This document shows positions 1 to 13,229 of a stretch of 64,000 bases of DNA, one piece after another. The notes under the pieces are model-generated. The model saw only the letters and a program-made list of their open reading frames with translations, was not told where the DNA came from and did no database searches. The DNA is taken from assembly GCF_963921235.1 (NCBI RefSeq), contig NC_086107.1, positions 97,900,001 to 97,964,000 of the forward strand. Reading direction: 5' to 3'. The first letter of the stretch is position 1. Each line of letters starts with the position of its first letter. A program made the position numbers and the translations under genes. Origin of the DNA: Mobula hypostoma. Taxonomy: Eukaryota.

Positions 1-75
1 CTCTTGACTTCACCATTGACCTCGCTATGGCCTTGCACCCTATTGCCAACCTGCACTGCTGTTTCCCTGTAGCTC

Positions 76-315
76 TTCAGCGTAGTGGTTAGCACAACGG
101 TTTACAGTACCAGAGACCCGGGCTCAATTCCCAGTGCGGTCTGTAAGGAGTTTGTACATTCTCCCCGTGACCGCGTGGGTTTCCTCCAGTTTCCTCCCAC
201 AGTCCATTGGTCATTGTAAATTGTCCTGTAATTAGGTTGGGGTTAAACTGGGGGATAGTGGGCAGTGTGGCTCAAAAGACCGGAAGGGACTACTCCATGC
301 TTTGTCTCAATAAAT
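76..315 (+). mobile_element. tRNA-derived SINE (V-SINE/HE1-like); related copies at about 2190-2455(-), 5655-5910(+), 18745-19015(+), 25730-26050(-), 28075-28260(-), 41005-41140(+), 43860-44050(-)
   Basis: A-box-like GCGTAGTGGTTAGC, B-box-like GGCTCAATTCCC, V-domain-like GAGTTTGTACATTCTCCCCGTG...GGGTTTCCTCC, AATAAAT tail. Confidence 0.75.
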
Positions 316-1437
316 AAGTACATACATACATACATATATAAATTTATTCTGCACTCACTTATTGTTCTACCATTCTATCTCTGGTGAATCTATGGAATTT
401 GTTGCCATGGGCTGCAGTGGAGGTCAAGTCATTGGGTGTATTTAAGGCAGAGATTGATAGGTATCTGAGTAGCCAGGGCATCAAAGGTTATGGTGAGAAG
501 GCGGGGGAGTGGGACTAAATGGGAGAATGGATCAGCTCATGATACAATGGCGGAATGGCTGACTTCTGCTCCTTTGTCTTATGGTCTTATGATCTCAACG
601 CACCTTTGTAATAGTCTATTGCACAATGGGAGGAGAAGATGTCCAGGATGGGTGGGGTCTTTGATTATGTTGGCAACTTTACCGAGGCAGCAAGAAGTGT
701 AGTCCATGGAGGGGAGGCTGGTTTTTGTGATGTGCTGAGCCATGTTGAGAGCTCCCTGCGGTTCTTTACGGCCTCAGGCAGAGCAGTTACCACAGCAAGC
801 CATGATGCATCCGGATAAGATGTTTTCTGTGGTACATCTAGAAGAACTGGTGTGGGTTTACGGGGATATGCCAAGTTAGGATGTCAAATAGGCGTAAGGA
901 ACATGCAAAAGGTGGCAGGGCACTTGGAATGTGAATCTACAGGGATGTCCATAGTTCCCTGGAGGTGGCATAGATTGGTAGCTGTCAGTATCTGGCCCTG
1001 CCTGGGATAAGGAACACGCAGACAATGGTCTCAGAGCCCAAGAGAACAGTATCTCACCCTTCAACCATTGAAATATTTTTCTCAGCTTGCCTCCTGCCTC
1101 TCTGTCTGAAGTTCTGCAAGGTTCAAGGCCTGCTCCAGGACAAATAGACAAGCCACAAGTTCGGTTTTCTGAGGCATTGAACATGTGGAAGCGAAAGCAA
1201 CATCCCTCCCTCAACAAAGCGGTTAAAAAGTATTGGATGGACAGTCAGTGCCATTCCTCAACCACACGGTTTACACTGTAGGGTGTCTGATGATCCTGCT
1301 AATTCATGTGAAGTGACTAGTTTTCGATCAGGTGCTCTGCAAACCCGGTTGTTCTTGCAATGTTCTTTGTTGCTTTGGTTGTTGAATCTCGAAGCCTGTA
1401 TTTCCATGTAACTGAGGTGGACACTTGTACCTTTCAG

Positions 1438-1492
1438 ATTATCTCTCAGAAGGATGAGCATTGCTGGGTGGGAGAGCTGAACGGTCTACGAG
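1438..1492 (+). CDS. SGSM3: SGSM3 internal exon (SH3 domain; IISQKDEHCWVGELNGLR-G)
   Basis: ctttcag| acceptor, |gtgagt donor; 55 bp ending phase 1; peptide matches the SGSM3/RUTBC3 SH3 domain. Upstream exons lie outside the window. Confidence 0.95.
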
Positions 1493-1629
1493 GTGAGTGC
1501 CTCACATTGCCCTTCAGTCTGTCAGCTTCGTGGATAGTCAACCTGGGTCGATTGAGGGGCGTTCGGGCTTGGGACAGACTCCTGCCCACCTGGTTACAGT
1601 CTGGACAGGTAGAAATTATATTCACAACA

Positions 1630-2575
1630 GCTTCTGCAGATGCCGGAAATCCGGAGCAACAATAAACACACAAAGTTCAGGAGGAGCTCAACAGGTCGGG
1701 CAGCATCTATGGAAGGGAATGAACAGTCAGCGTTTTTGGCCGAGACTCTCAGAAAGAAGGGGGGAGGGGGAAGAAGCCAGAATAAGAAGGTGGGGCTGGG
1801 CAAGGAATACAAGCCGGAAGGTGAGAGGTGAAGTGCAGTGAGGGGGAAGGTAGATGGGTGGGTCGGGGAGGGAGGGGATGAAGTAAGAAGCTGGGAAGTG
1901 AGAGGCGGGAACGGTAAAGGGCCAAAGAAGGAATCTGTTAGGAGAGGAGAGTGGACCATGGGAGAAAGGGAAGGAGAAGGGGCACCAGGGGGAGGTGGTG
2001 GGCAGGTGAGGAGAAGAGAAGAGGTAGAAAGGGAGCCGGAATGGGGAATGGAAAAAGAGGGAAGGGGAAAGGGGAGAGGGTTTTAATTCTACCTTACAGC
2101 TTCTCACTTCATTTCCCCCACCTCACCCACCCACCTTCCCCCCTCACCTGTCACCTGCCACCTTGTACTCGTCCTCGTCCTTCCCCACGCTATTTCATTT
2201 TATTTAGGGATACAGCGTAAAACAGGCCCTTCCAGCTCAGCACCCCACCTGTTTAACCCTTAGCCTAATAACAGAATACTTTGCACTGACCAATTAACCT
2301 GACACCCCGTACGCCTTTGGACTGTGGAAGGAAACCAGAGCACCTGGAAGAAATCCATGCAGCCACAGCTAGAACGTACAAACTCCTTTCAGACCGCGCC
2401 AGAACTGAACTCCGATACCCCAAGCTGTGACAGCATCACGCTGACTGCTACACTTTCTTCTTCTCCCTTCTTTTCCAGTCCTGATGAAGGATCTCGTCCT
2501 GAAACATCGACTGTTATTCCCCTCCATAGATGCTGCCTGACCTTGTTGAGTTCCTCCAGCACTTTGTGGGTGTTG
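1630..2575. mobile_element. Two oppositely oriented Penelope-like element 3' ends interrupted by a SINE
   Basis: 1630-2080 is the reverse complement of the pyrimidine-rich UTR and tail seen at 39000-39350; 2100-2190 and 2455-2575 are the forward copy. Confidence 0.7.
2476..2513 (+). ncRNA. Minimal type I hammerhead ribozyme motif (PLE-derived)
   Basis: CAGTC-CTGATGA-AGGA(TCTCG)TCCT-GAAAC-ATC-GACTG: stems I and II pair, core intact, AUC triplet. Confidence 0.7.
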
Positions 2576-2583
2576 CTCTAGAC

Positions 2584-2663
2584 CAGGGGTTCCCAACCTT
2601 TTCTATGTCATGGACCCTTACCATTGACCAAAGGGTGGGTGGACCCCAGGTTGGGAACCCCTG
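2584..2663. mobile_element. 80-bp hAT (Charlie-type) MITE; relatives at about 3223-3290, 13903-13982, 31899-31966
   Basis: TIRs CAGGGGTTCCCAACCT / AGGTTGGGAACCCCTG; 8-bp TSD CTCTAGAC/CTCTAGAA matching the NTCTAGAN Charlie target. Confidence 0.85.
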
Positions 2664-4559
2664 CTCTAGAAATTACATTGTGGGCCATGACTTACCAGAA
2701 GTTCCCAACATATAGCAGCACTGACCTGTGAATCATTCTGGCACAGAGGCAGCTTGTTGCTGGTGGAGCCGTTCCTTCAGTCCCACTCCCCACTTTACTC
2801 CTCTGCCCCGCAAATTAATCTTCCTCATTTTTAAAATTCGCCTTCTGGATGTTGCTAAGTTCATCATTAAGGAGCTGCTGACGTGCCTCTTTCCTGAACT
2901 GCTGGAGTCCAAGTGCTTTACTGTAGAGTTGCCAGGTGTGTCCACCAGTGCTGGAAAGTGAGGCTGAGATGTGAGATTAATCATAGCCTTGACAGCTGGC
3001 AGAACAAACTCAAAAGACTGAATAGGCTTCGTATGATAATTCACTTTACCAATACCCCACAGGCAGTGAGACCCAGATCCACACTGACCACACGAGAAAG
3101 TTTTTGTCACATACCCTTTTGTTCAAAATCTTAAAATCTGTGCCCTAACCCTCCACCCCCTCTTGAATCACCTGCTGGTGGGAGCTTCAATCTCCCCCCT
3201 CTGAGCCACTCATGATCTAGAGCAGGGGTTCCCAAACTGGGGTCCGTGGACCCCTCAACTAACGGCAGAGCTCCAAGGCATTAAAAAGTTCTAGACTGTC
3301 TACATCAAGTCACCTCTCAGCCTCAGATGAAATCAGCAGATGCTGGAAACACTCAGCAGAACAGGCAGCATCTGTGGAGAGAGAAACAGTTAATGGTCCA
3401 GTTTGACAACCCATCATCCAAACCCTACTCTCAGCTCTCGTCATTGTTAGGAAAGCAGCCACAATCTCTCCCATCCTTACCCTGAGGCTGACCTTGCCCC
3501 CCCCCCCCACCACCCTTTAACCCTCATCCTTCTAAACTCTCTGGAATACCGACCTAGATTGTCGAGCCACTCCTCATAGTTACAACCCTTATCCCAGGAA
3601 TTAGCTTGGTGAATGTCCTCTAAACCAGCAAAGACCTCTTCCTTATTGAGTTGGAAATTGTTACATAACCAGGAAGGTCTGCTGAATGTATTTCAGAAGA
3701 TCCTCTGTTGCTTTGTCAAATAGTCTAACCTTTGTTCCAGACTGCAGTCTCCAAAGTCACCACTGTAACAGCCCATCAGCTTTGCTTTTCTTCCCCCCTT
3801 CTCTCCCTCTCTATCTGCCCATCCGCTTCTCTCCCTTCTTCCTCTCCCACCCTCTCTCCTCTCCCCCTCTCTCTCCCTCCCTCCTTCTCTCCCACTCTCT
3901 CTTTCTCTCTCACTTTCTCCCTCTCACCGTCTTACCTGTAGAATTCCCTCAGTAACATTTGGTATCTCTTCACTGTGCTACTTCTCTGGAGTAATTGACC
4001 TACCATTAGTGTGAAAAGCTGCTGAGGTTTCTGTGACAAATTTGATTTTGTTTGTTCTTTAAACAACGGTCTTCTTTCAGCACATTGAGAGTTTGCAGTT
4101 TGCCCAGTCATGCACAACTCTTCTCTCTTGGCTGGCATCAGAGTCAAAGGTCTTTAACCCACAGACGGCAGACTCACAATGCCCTCCTTTCTCTTCCTCA
4201 CATTCCTGCCTCTCTCTAGTTTTCAAACGTTCTCTTTCCGACATGCCTGCTCACAACCACACTTTGACTTTTGTCTTCTTTAACTTCCTGCAACCCCATT
4301 CTTGCGCCCTCTGACACACCTTGCCCGTTAGCCTGTGAGTAAACCCCTCCCCTCTCACTCATTTCCTCCCCCCACCCCCCGACACACATCAGCCCCATCC
4401 AACTAGCTCCCTCCACTCTTGAGTTGGTCTGTTTCCCCAGCTGAGTCATTCTTACCCTTTAATCCGTTCCCCCTTTGGTCTGTACGTGTGGTCACCCGCT
4501 CCCCACCCGTTAGGCAGCCGGGCAAGGAGGGGGATGCAGGCATAGCCAGGGAGTGGCAG

Positions 4560-6590
4560 AGAGAGATGTTACAAAGTATAGATAGATTCATGTGTTCAGA
4601 CAAACACTTTGTGCTCAACTAGGTCCCTCATGGGAGGCTTAACCAGAAGATTAAAATTCATGAGAACTGAGCAATTGGATTCAGAATGGGTTTGCCTGTG
4701 CTTATTAGACGAGGCATTGAGTTCAGAAGTCAAGAGGTTATGTTGCAACTTTATAAAACCCTGGTTTGGCCATGTCTGGAGTATTGCCTACAGTTCTGGT
4801 CGCCCCACTCCAGGAAGGATGTTGAGGCTTTGGAGAGCTTTACCAGGATGCTGCCTGGTTTAGAGGCCGCAGGCTATCACGAGAGGCTGGACAAACTTTG
4901 GGTTGTTTTCTCTGAAGCTGCAGAGACTGAGGGGAGAACTGATAGAGGTTTATAAGATTATGAGAGGTACAGATAGAGTAGACAGGGAGTATCTTAGAAA
5001 TGTCTAATACCAGAGGGCACGAGTTAAAGGTGAGAGGGGGTAGGTTCAAGGAGGATGTGAGGGGTAATTTTTTTACTCAAAGATTGGTGGATGCCTGGAA
5101 TGTGCTGTCTGGAATGGTGGTAGAGGCAAATACATTGGAGACTTGTAAGAGATGTTTGGATAGGCACATGGATGTAAGGAAGATGGAGGGTTGTGTACAT
5201 TGTGTAGGTTGGAGGGATTAGTTTTTGGGTTTTTTTTAGTTTACTTTTTGGCTGGTTCAGCACAACATTGTGGGCCAAAGGGCCTGTTTCTGTGCTGTAC
5301 TGTTCTATGTTCTGTGTTCTAAGAGACAGGGTAGTGGTTGATGGGACTTATTCTAGCTGGAGATATCTGTGACTAGTGGTGTTCCTCGGAAATCTGTACT
5401 GGGACCTGTTTGTGATGTATATAAATGACCTGGGTGAAAATGTAGAAGGGTCGGAGAGTAAATTTGTAGGTGATACAAGGATTAGGTATAGAACCAGATT
5501 GGTGATGTTGTGAATTGCACAAAAGACTGGCAAAGGGTATAGTGGGATAGAGATTAGTTGCAGTTATGGGCCGAGAAATGGTGGATGGAGCTCAGCCCAG
5601 CCAAATGTGAAATGTTGCACTTTAGGAGGTTGAACATAAAGAGATGGTACATTATCACAGCAGTTAGCGCAACGCTGTTACAGCTGGGGCATTCCGGAGA
5701 TCGGAGTTCAATTCCGGCGCCACTCTGTAAGGAGTGTCCATGCATGTCCCCTGTGGAATGTGTAGGTTTTCACCCGGTGCTCCGGTTTCCTTCCACAGTC
5801 CAAAGACATACTGGGTAGGTTAACTGGTCATTGTTAATCAGGGTTGCTGGAGCGGTGTAGCTCGTAGGACCGAAAGGACCCACTCCGCGCTGTATCACTA
5901 AATAAAAATAATGGAGAGACCCGTAACAGTGTTGATGTGTAAAGGGACCTTCGGGTCCAAGTCCCTCTCTCCCTGGTTGACAGGTGGTGGAGAGGGCGTA
6001 TGGCATGTGTTCCTTTATTAGTTGAGGAACTGAGTTCAAGAATCAGGAAGTTAAATTGCAGCTTTCTAAAACTCTAACTGTATTAGGAGTCATTCCTGGT
6101 TGCCCCATTTAGGAAGGATAGAGATTATTTGGAGAGGATGCAGAAAAGGTTTACCAGGAAGCTGCCTGTTTTAGAAGGAATGTGCTAAAAGGAGAAGTTG
6201 GACAAACTTCAATTGTTTACTCTGGAGACTGAGGGGAGACCTGATAAAGGATTATTAGATTATGAGAGGCAATAGATAGAGAGCCTGCATCCCTTTCAAA
6301 TGTCTAGTACCAGAGGATATGCATTTAAGGTGAGAGGGGTTAAGTTAAAGAGAGATGTGTGGGGCAAGTTCTTCACGCAGAGATGGGTGAGACCCTGGAA
6401 CTCAGATATGATAGCAACTTGAAGAAGGCTCCAAGCTAGACATATGAATGCCCAGGGTATGGACATTATGTAGGCAGCAGGGATTGTTTAGTTGGACATT
6501 TGATTACCAATATAATTATTTCAGGGCAACGCTGTGGGCCAAAGGGCCTGTCGCTGAGCTGTACTGATCTATGTTCTATGTTCTAGAAAC
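4560..6590 (+). mobile_element. Two tandem decayed CR1-type LINE 3' fragments
   Basis: Translations such as VMLQLYKTLVWPCLEYCLQFWSP and TRGHELKVRGGRFKEDVRGNFFTQR; both end in GGGCCAAAGGGCCTG...GTTCTAT tails. Confidence 0.85.
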
Positions 6591-8689
6591 AGGCTCACCC
6601 TATCCATGCTGGTCATTAAGTGCTCATCTGTACCAATCCCATTTGCCAGCGCTCAGTCTGTAGCTTCCTTTGTCTTGGTAATTCAGATACTCCTCTAGAT
6701 ACTACTTAAATGTTGTAAGAGTACCTGTCTCCGCCACCCCCTCAGGCAGTCTGTTCCAGATTCCAGACTCCCTCTGGATGTACAGTAGTGGATCCAGGTG
6801 AGAGGGATGGTGACAACGGTAGATGGAAGTATTTCTGAGGGAAAGCTGGTTGGATATGGGAAGGGCAGGTCAGCTCCGAGGGAGTTAATGGAATTTTATT
6901 GAGGACATAAAATCACAACAAAAAGGGAGCTGCAATAGATCATCTAGCCCTTCGAGCTGATTGTGTATTCATCAGGACCTTGGCCGATCTCCTACCTCTG
7001 TGTCATTTCTCAACATTGTGCACGTGTCCTTTGATTCCCTTAGTGTTCACAAATCTCTTGACCTCTTTTCTGAATGGGGTTAGTCATTTACCCTCTGCAG
7101 TGGTTTGGGATGGAGAATTCCAAAGGTTCATCCTTCGTGTTAAAAAAAACACTTCTCCATATCCTAGTCCCAAGTGGCCAACCTCTTACCTGAGCCGTGA
7201 CATCAAATTGTTGATTCCCCAGCGAGGGATGCCTCCTCCCTGCATCCATCCCTGTAATGAATTAGTAAAGTTTAATGAGTTCTCCTGCCACTCATCTAAA
7301 CTTAAGAGAACACTGGCATAGTCTACTCAATCTCTCCTCACACAGCAAACCTGCCACCCCGGACCCATTTTTCTGAATTTTCATTATACTTTCTTTATGA
7401 CAAGTGCATCCTCTTTTAGGAAAAGAGGCCAAAACTACAAATGATGCTCCAGGTGTGGTCTCACCAAGGTCTGTATAACCGTACAAAGACTCCTTACCCT
7501 TGTCCTCTACGTTGTCTCATAATTAAAGTCAATAGAGCAATTGCTTTCCTAACTACGTGTGTTGGCTTTCAGTGTGTACAGGAAACCTAGGTCTCGTTGA
7601 ACATTAACATGATCCAATCTCTCACTATTTTATAGTCACTCCACATTTTTCCATCTCTCAGATCCCTGGTTTATATTGACAGCAAACTTGAAGATATGGC
7701 ATTTTAACCCACATCCATCATTGGCAATAGATGGGACACAACGAATAGCTGTCACTGATCCCTGCTGTGCCCTACTAGTCACAGCCTGTGAAGTATCCAT
7801 TAATTTCTGCTCTTAATGTCAACCAGTTCTCCTCCTTGTTTGTCCATCACTCCTGAGTCTATGTGCTCTCACCATGTTAGCCAATCTCCTCCTTTGTGGG
7901 ATCTTACCAAACATGCCACATCCTCCCTATTTATTCTCCTGCTGACATCTGCTTAAGTTAGTGCAATGTGATTTTCCTTAAAAAAGGAAATCCACGCCGA
8001 TCCAGCCCTATGCTAGATGTTGTTTTTCCATCCCTCATTTTCCCAACTACCAGTGTCAGATCAGCAGGTCAGTACTTCCCCGGTTCATATTTGCCATCCA
8101 TCACTCCACAGAAACCATTCCAAAATGTGTGGGATTGTGAAACAATAGCTATCTTCACTACCTCCATATCGGCCTCTCCCAAATCTCTGGGACGTGGATC
8201 ATGAGATCGTTGGAATCTGTCTCACTATCTTCTCTAGAACATAGAACAGTACACAATGTTGGCGCTGAACACGATGCCAAGTACATCTCTTGTGCCTGTA
8301 CATGGTCCATATCCCTCCATTCCCTGCATCTGGAACGGCACTGTCACATCTGCTTCCAGCACTCCTCCCTGGCAATCTGTTCTCAGCACCTACCACCCAC
8401 TGTGCAACTAAAAGCCAAACATTGCCTCACACACGTGCCTTAAGCTTCCCGCCTCTCCCCTTAAACGCATGACCTCTGATACTTTTTACCTGATACTAAT
8501 TCCCCTCAGTTCCTCATTCTCACTCGAGTCTTTGTCCATCTGTAGGTTGTTTGCGTCTCCGGTGAAGACGGACACAGCGTTCCTGTTAATTCTTCTGCCT
8601 GTTGCTATTTCACGGTGGATTCAGAGACGGGGGAGAAGGAGTTCGCTTTGATTCTAATAAACTCATCTCTTGAACTTTTCCTCCAACAG

Positions 8690-8739
8690 GCTGGTTTCCT
8701 GCGAAGTTCGTGGAGATCCTGGACGAACGTAGTAAAGAG
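8690..8739 (+). CDS. SGSM3: SGSM3 exon (GWFPAKFVEILDERSKE; end of SH3)
   Basis: ccaacag| acceptor, |gtgagc donor; 50 bp, phase 1 to 0, in frame with previous exon; SH3 GWFP motif. Confidence 0.95.
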
Positions 8740-9026
8740 GTGAGCTCTCTGATGGGACAGCTAAGTTAGTCGTGAGTAGTATCCATACTTGTGTGCCCAG
8801 CACCTACACGCGGTATAACTGCAGTCACGTGCACAGGATACACATCCTTCTCATCCTCTCCTGAGAATGACTTTGCCCTCACTCCAAGGTGAGCTTAATG
8901 ACAAGTCAAGCATGTTTCCATGCTGGGTAACTTTATGAATCTATAAATGCCATTGAGCCACAGCAGGCAGAAGTAGAATTCACCAAGTGAAGGTGTATTG
9001 TGTTTGACTGCAGACTGCTAACAACA

Positions 9027-9880
9027 CAATGTTCCCTCTAAGGTGTGAGCGTGTGCACGTGCACACATCTTTTATTACCAGTGCACAAAGGAAATTAAAA
9101 TGCGCCCAAAAGGTTGTCACCCTCTACCTCATTGGCACATTAAGTATATTTCATGATCGTACACGGTCACATTTCCTTTTCCGGTTTCTGATGCAGGTGG
9201 TGTTGACAACATGGAGTTTGCGATGTTTTGTCTGCAAATTTTAGAACTGGCTTTATTTATACTGATTTTATTGAAGAAATTATTGATTCACTATGTCGAA
9301 TTCCAAAGAAGCATGAAGGGCAAAAGAACTGCTAGTTCACTTAAAGTGGAATGGCTTAATGAGACAGTAGAAACTGCTTCACCGAAAGCTCATGAGGTCA
9401 GGAACATGCAGCTAAGAGAAATATTTCTGTACAATGCAGAAACTGCTGTTACTATGTGTATTGTCACAATGCAAAAGTTGCTGGAGAATTTGCAAGTGGG
9501 AAGAAGCAGAGCAACATTTGGAAACTTGACTTTTCAAGGCGTCATTTAGCAAGCAAATCACATATGGACGACGTTCAAAAGCTCTGGCAAGAAAATCCTT
9601 CATTACCCATTACAGGCCTGCTACGTGTGTTATGTGAGAGGGCAGATGAATGAGAGCGACAACGATCAAACCCAGAGGACATCAAAGTTCTTATTGACAG
9701 TGTTTTGCTAGCTGTTAAAAGGAACACCTCTAGATGTAAAATTCAGTGCGCACATGTTGTTGTCACTGTGCAAAAAATTGCACAGCATAAAATAGTCATA
9801 GTCATAGCCATACTTTATTGAAAATCAGGTTCCGTCGGGATCAATAAAGTATGACTATGACTATTTTTGTGCACACTAGT
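9027..9880 (+). mobile_element. Decayed hAT DNA transposon with TTF/BED-like zinc finger remnant
   Basis: Begins CAATGTTCCCTCTA (TIR-like); frameshifted coding remnant LKVEWL...YCHNAK...RRHLASKSH. Right TIR not found. Confidence 0.55.
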
Positions 9881-10799
9881 CTTTATGAGTCATCACTAGT
9901 CATTATTGTGCAACTCAGGGACATGGACTATATTTTTTGTGTTACTATTTTATTGATATATGTTCTTGCTATCTTATATGTGCTGTATTTTCCTTGTACT
10001 GTGTATGACAGTTAGTACTGTGTTTTGCGTCTTGGCCCCGGAGTAGCGCTGTTTCGTTTGGCTGCATTCATGTGTATGGTTGAATGACGATTAAACGTGA
10101 ACTTGAATTGGAGGGTGAGGCTGTGTATGATTAGTCTACGGAGAGAACATCAGAGCTAGTGACCGGTGAGTGAGAGCAAAGCCAGTACTGGCAAATATCT
10201 CCCTGCAGCCGGCCATATAAAAATGGAATCAAGCACTCTGTGGTGTAATTTAGACTGGAATGGATGGGTTGCAATTAAAAAGTTTATCACTGAAGTCAAA
10301 ATTGGTTGTGTGCTTGACAGTGAGGAGGATGGTCTCAGATGAATGGGCATAGAAGTGCCAGGTGGAATTCACTCTGAAGGAGGGTGTGGTGGGAGGAGTC
10401 AGGGAGGGCAACAAGGCAGGAGAATTCAGATAATGAGAAGCGAATAGGAACAGAGGAACTTCGAAGAACCTGTCCACGTATCACTGAAGGTGGTAGAACA
10501 GGTAGATCAGGTGCTTGGAAAGGGATACAGGATTACATGTATCTGTACCTCAGCCAATAACAGTGAGAGTGACAAGGACATTCTAGAAGCATGTTGAACA
10601 TGAATTAGGCCACAGATACATGAGTTCTGGTCTCTTCAGAGTACAGGAATGACGTGAGAGCACAGGGAGAGTGCAGAGGAGATAAACAAGAATGTTGCTA
10701 GAGCTGGAGAATTATAGAGTGATAGTTGTAGAACACAGAAACAGGCCCTTCGGCCCAACTCGCCCATGCTAACCAAGGTGCTTTTGAGACTCTACTTTT

Positions 10800-12130
10800 A
10801 ACTCAGGTTGACAAGATCATTTGGCAGAGCTTTTCTGCGCATCCTTCCTATAGTGTAGCAACCGGAACTGAACACAGTACTCCAGGTGTGGTCTCACCAA
10901 CACTACTGCTCAACCCTGATTTCCCAATTCTTCATGTCAGGTCCAAAGAAGGCAAGCGTGCCTTTTGCCTTTTTCATCCGGTTATCTACCACATTTAGGA
11001 AACTGTGTACTTGTACCGCAATGTTTCTCTGTTCAACAGTGCTCCCAGAGCTCTGTCGTTTATAGTGTAGATTCTGCCCAGGCGTAACTTCCCAAAATCC
11101 AGCACTTTGCACTTGTCTAAATAAAATTCCATCTGCTATTTCTTTGCTACATTCCCAGTAGATCTAGATCCTGAGACAACATCTTCCCTTTTCACCACAC
11201 CTTTAATTTTGCTGTCATTCACAAACTTAACCATTCATGTCACCTGCCTTCTCATCCAAATCATTAATATGGCAAACGACAGTGGGCCCTGCACCGATCC
11301 CTGTGACACACCACTGATCACAGGCTTCCATTCTGAAAACCAACTCTCCACTACTACCCTCTGACTCCTACCAGCAAGCCAGTTTTGTACTCAGTTACTG
11401 GCTCACCCTGAATTCCACGTGATCTCACCTTTCAGACCAGTCTAGCATGTGGGGCCTTAACAAAAATCCTTTTAAGTTCATGTAGACAGTGTCTGATGTT
11501 CTGCCCTCACCAATCTTTTTGCTCACCTCTTCGCAAAAACTTAATTAAATATGCAAAGCATGAATTCCCACACACAAACCATGCTGACCATCCCTAATTA
11601 GCCTTCCCCTTTCCAAACGTGAGTAGATCCCACCTCTCTAAATTCCCTCCAGTAACTTTCCCATCACTGCCCTGTAGTTCCTTGGCGAGTCCTTCCAGCT
11701 TTTCTTAAACAAAGCACAATACTGACCACTCTCCAGTCTTCCAGTACATCAAATGTGGTTAAGGAAGTTACAAATATTTCTTCCAGGGCCTCTGCAATTG
11801 TTTCCTTTGCTTCCCACAATGCCCTTGTATACATTTGGCCAAGCCTGGCGATTTCATAATATGGATATGTTTCAGTATATCGCTGTCTCTCTTCCCTGAA
11901 TTCACTAGCTTCTGTGACCACCTCCACAACAAATATGAGAAATATTCATTTAACACCTCATCGGTCGCCACACATAGACAACCACAATGATTCTTAAGGG
12001 GACCTATTCTCTTCCTCGTTACGCTTTTGCTCTTAATATAGAATCTCGAGATTTTCCATTACCTTATCTGCCGGGGAGTCTTAGGTCAACTTTTTGCCTC
12101 CTAGTTTCCTTTTAAGTGTACTTCTACTCT
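10800..12130 (-). mobile_element. Decayed CR1-type LINE reverse transcriptase region
   Basis: Minus-strand translations DEVLNEYFS and EIFVTSLTTFDVLEDWRV; multiple stops and frameshifts. Confidence 0.8.
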
Positions 12131-13076
12131 TATAGAATACCAAGAGGGAAGTTGTCCACACTGCAGTTCTGTTCTTATACAATTCTAAATACATAGAGTG
12201 AACAACCAAAAACCGTAGCAGAGAGGACAATAACTCTTGGGCATTAGCTGAAGTTAACTATTAGAAGAGTTCGAGGAGCGTTGAGGAAGCATTTCTTTGA
12301 TTTCTCTGAATTTGGAAGACTTGGAGGAGCCGGATTGGGTTCGGAGGAGCTGCCAGCTACTCAAAGGCATCAGAGTTGGTGAGCAAAGGCAGCGTGCAGT
12401 GTAGCCACGGGTGATTGTCTTGGACATTTCTCTTGCGATCACAAGACCCTGTTGGATATTGTAAGATGCTGAAGGCCTGTTCCCCTTGTTTGGTAGCATA
12501 ACAGGCAGCAGGAAAGCTGCTTAGCCTCAGTTGTAGGGAGGAATGGGCCTCAAGTCACGGGCTTGCCTGCTGCTGCAGTCTGAGAGAGGAGACACCTTGG
12601 CAGTGCAGCGTGGCATCCGTGCTCTGTTGGGGTCTGGACTCTCCCATCGGTGCTGCCCTCCATTGTTCAATCGGTGAAATAACAGGCTAGATTGTGTATG
12701 CCTGTGCACTGCCGAGAACTGTGCCACCAACTTGTGGGAAGTGCAGCTCTGGGTCTTAGGCTATATGTGTGTTTTTATTGCATGACTACGCTTTGTTTTT
12801 GCTCACTTTTTTGAATGTGCTGTGTATGTTTTGCACCTTGCTCCCAGCAGAACATTGTCTCATTCAACTGATTCCATGTATAGTTGAATGATAGTTAAAT
12901 TTGATTTGATTTGACTGACATTTCTACACATTCTTGTTATTTTCTTACTATGCTGTGGACAGGCACCCCGTCCTCTAGATATTCATTTCCACGTTCCAGA
13001 CTCACTGCTTTGTTATGGGAAGCGTTCCCTGATGTGTCTCTGCAGCTGACAGGGTGATTTGTGTTCCCGTTTGCAG

Positions 13077-13229
13077 TATTCTATGGCTGGAGATGATTCA
13101 GTTACGGAAGCTATCACAGATTTGGTACGGGGAACACTTTGTCCGGCACTCAAGGCGATATTTGACCAGGGTTTGAAGAAACCATCCATTCTCGGTGGTC
13201 CCTGTCACCCCTGGCTTTTTATTGAAGAG
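13077..13229 (+). CDS. SGSM3: SGSM3 exon ([51 protein letters not shown]; start of RUN domain)
   Basis: ttgcag| acceptor, |gtaacg donor; 153 bp, phase 0-0. Confidence 0.96.

Noticed and set aside
76..150. tRNA-like sequence
   Set aside because: SINE head with degenerate A/B boxes continuing into a V-domain body; no cloverleaf.
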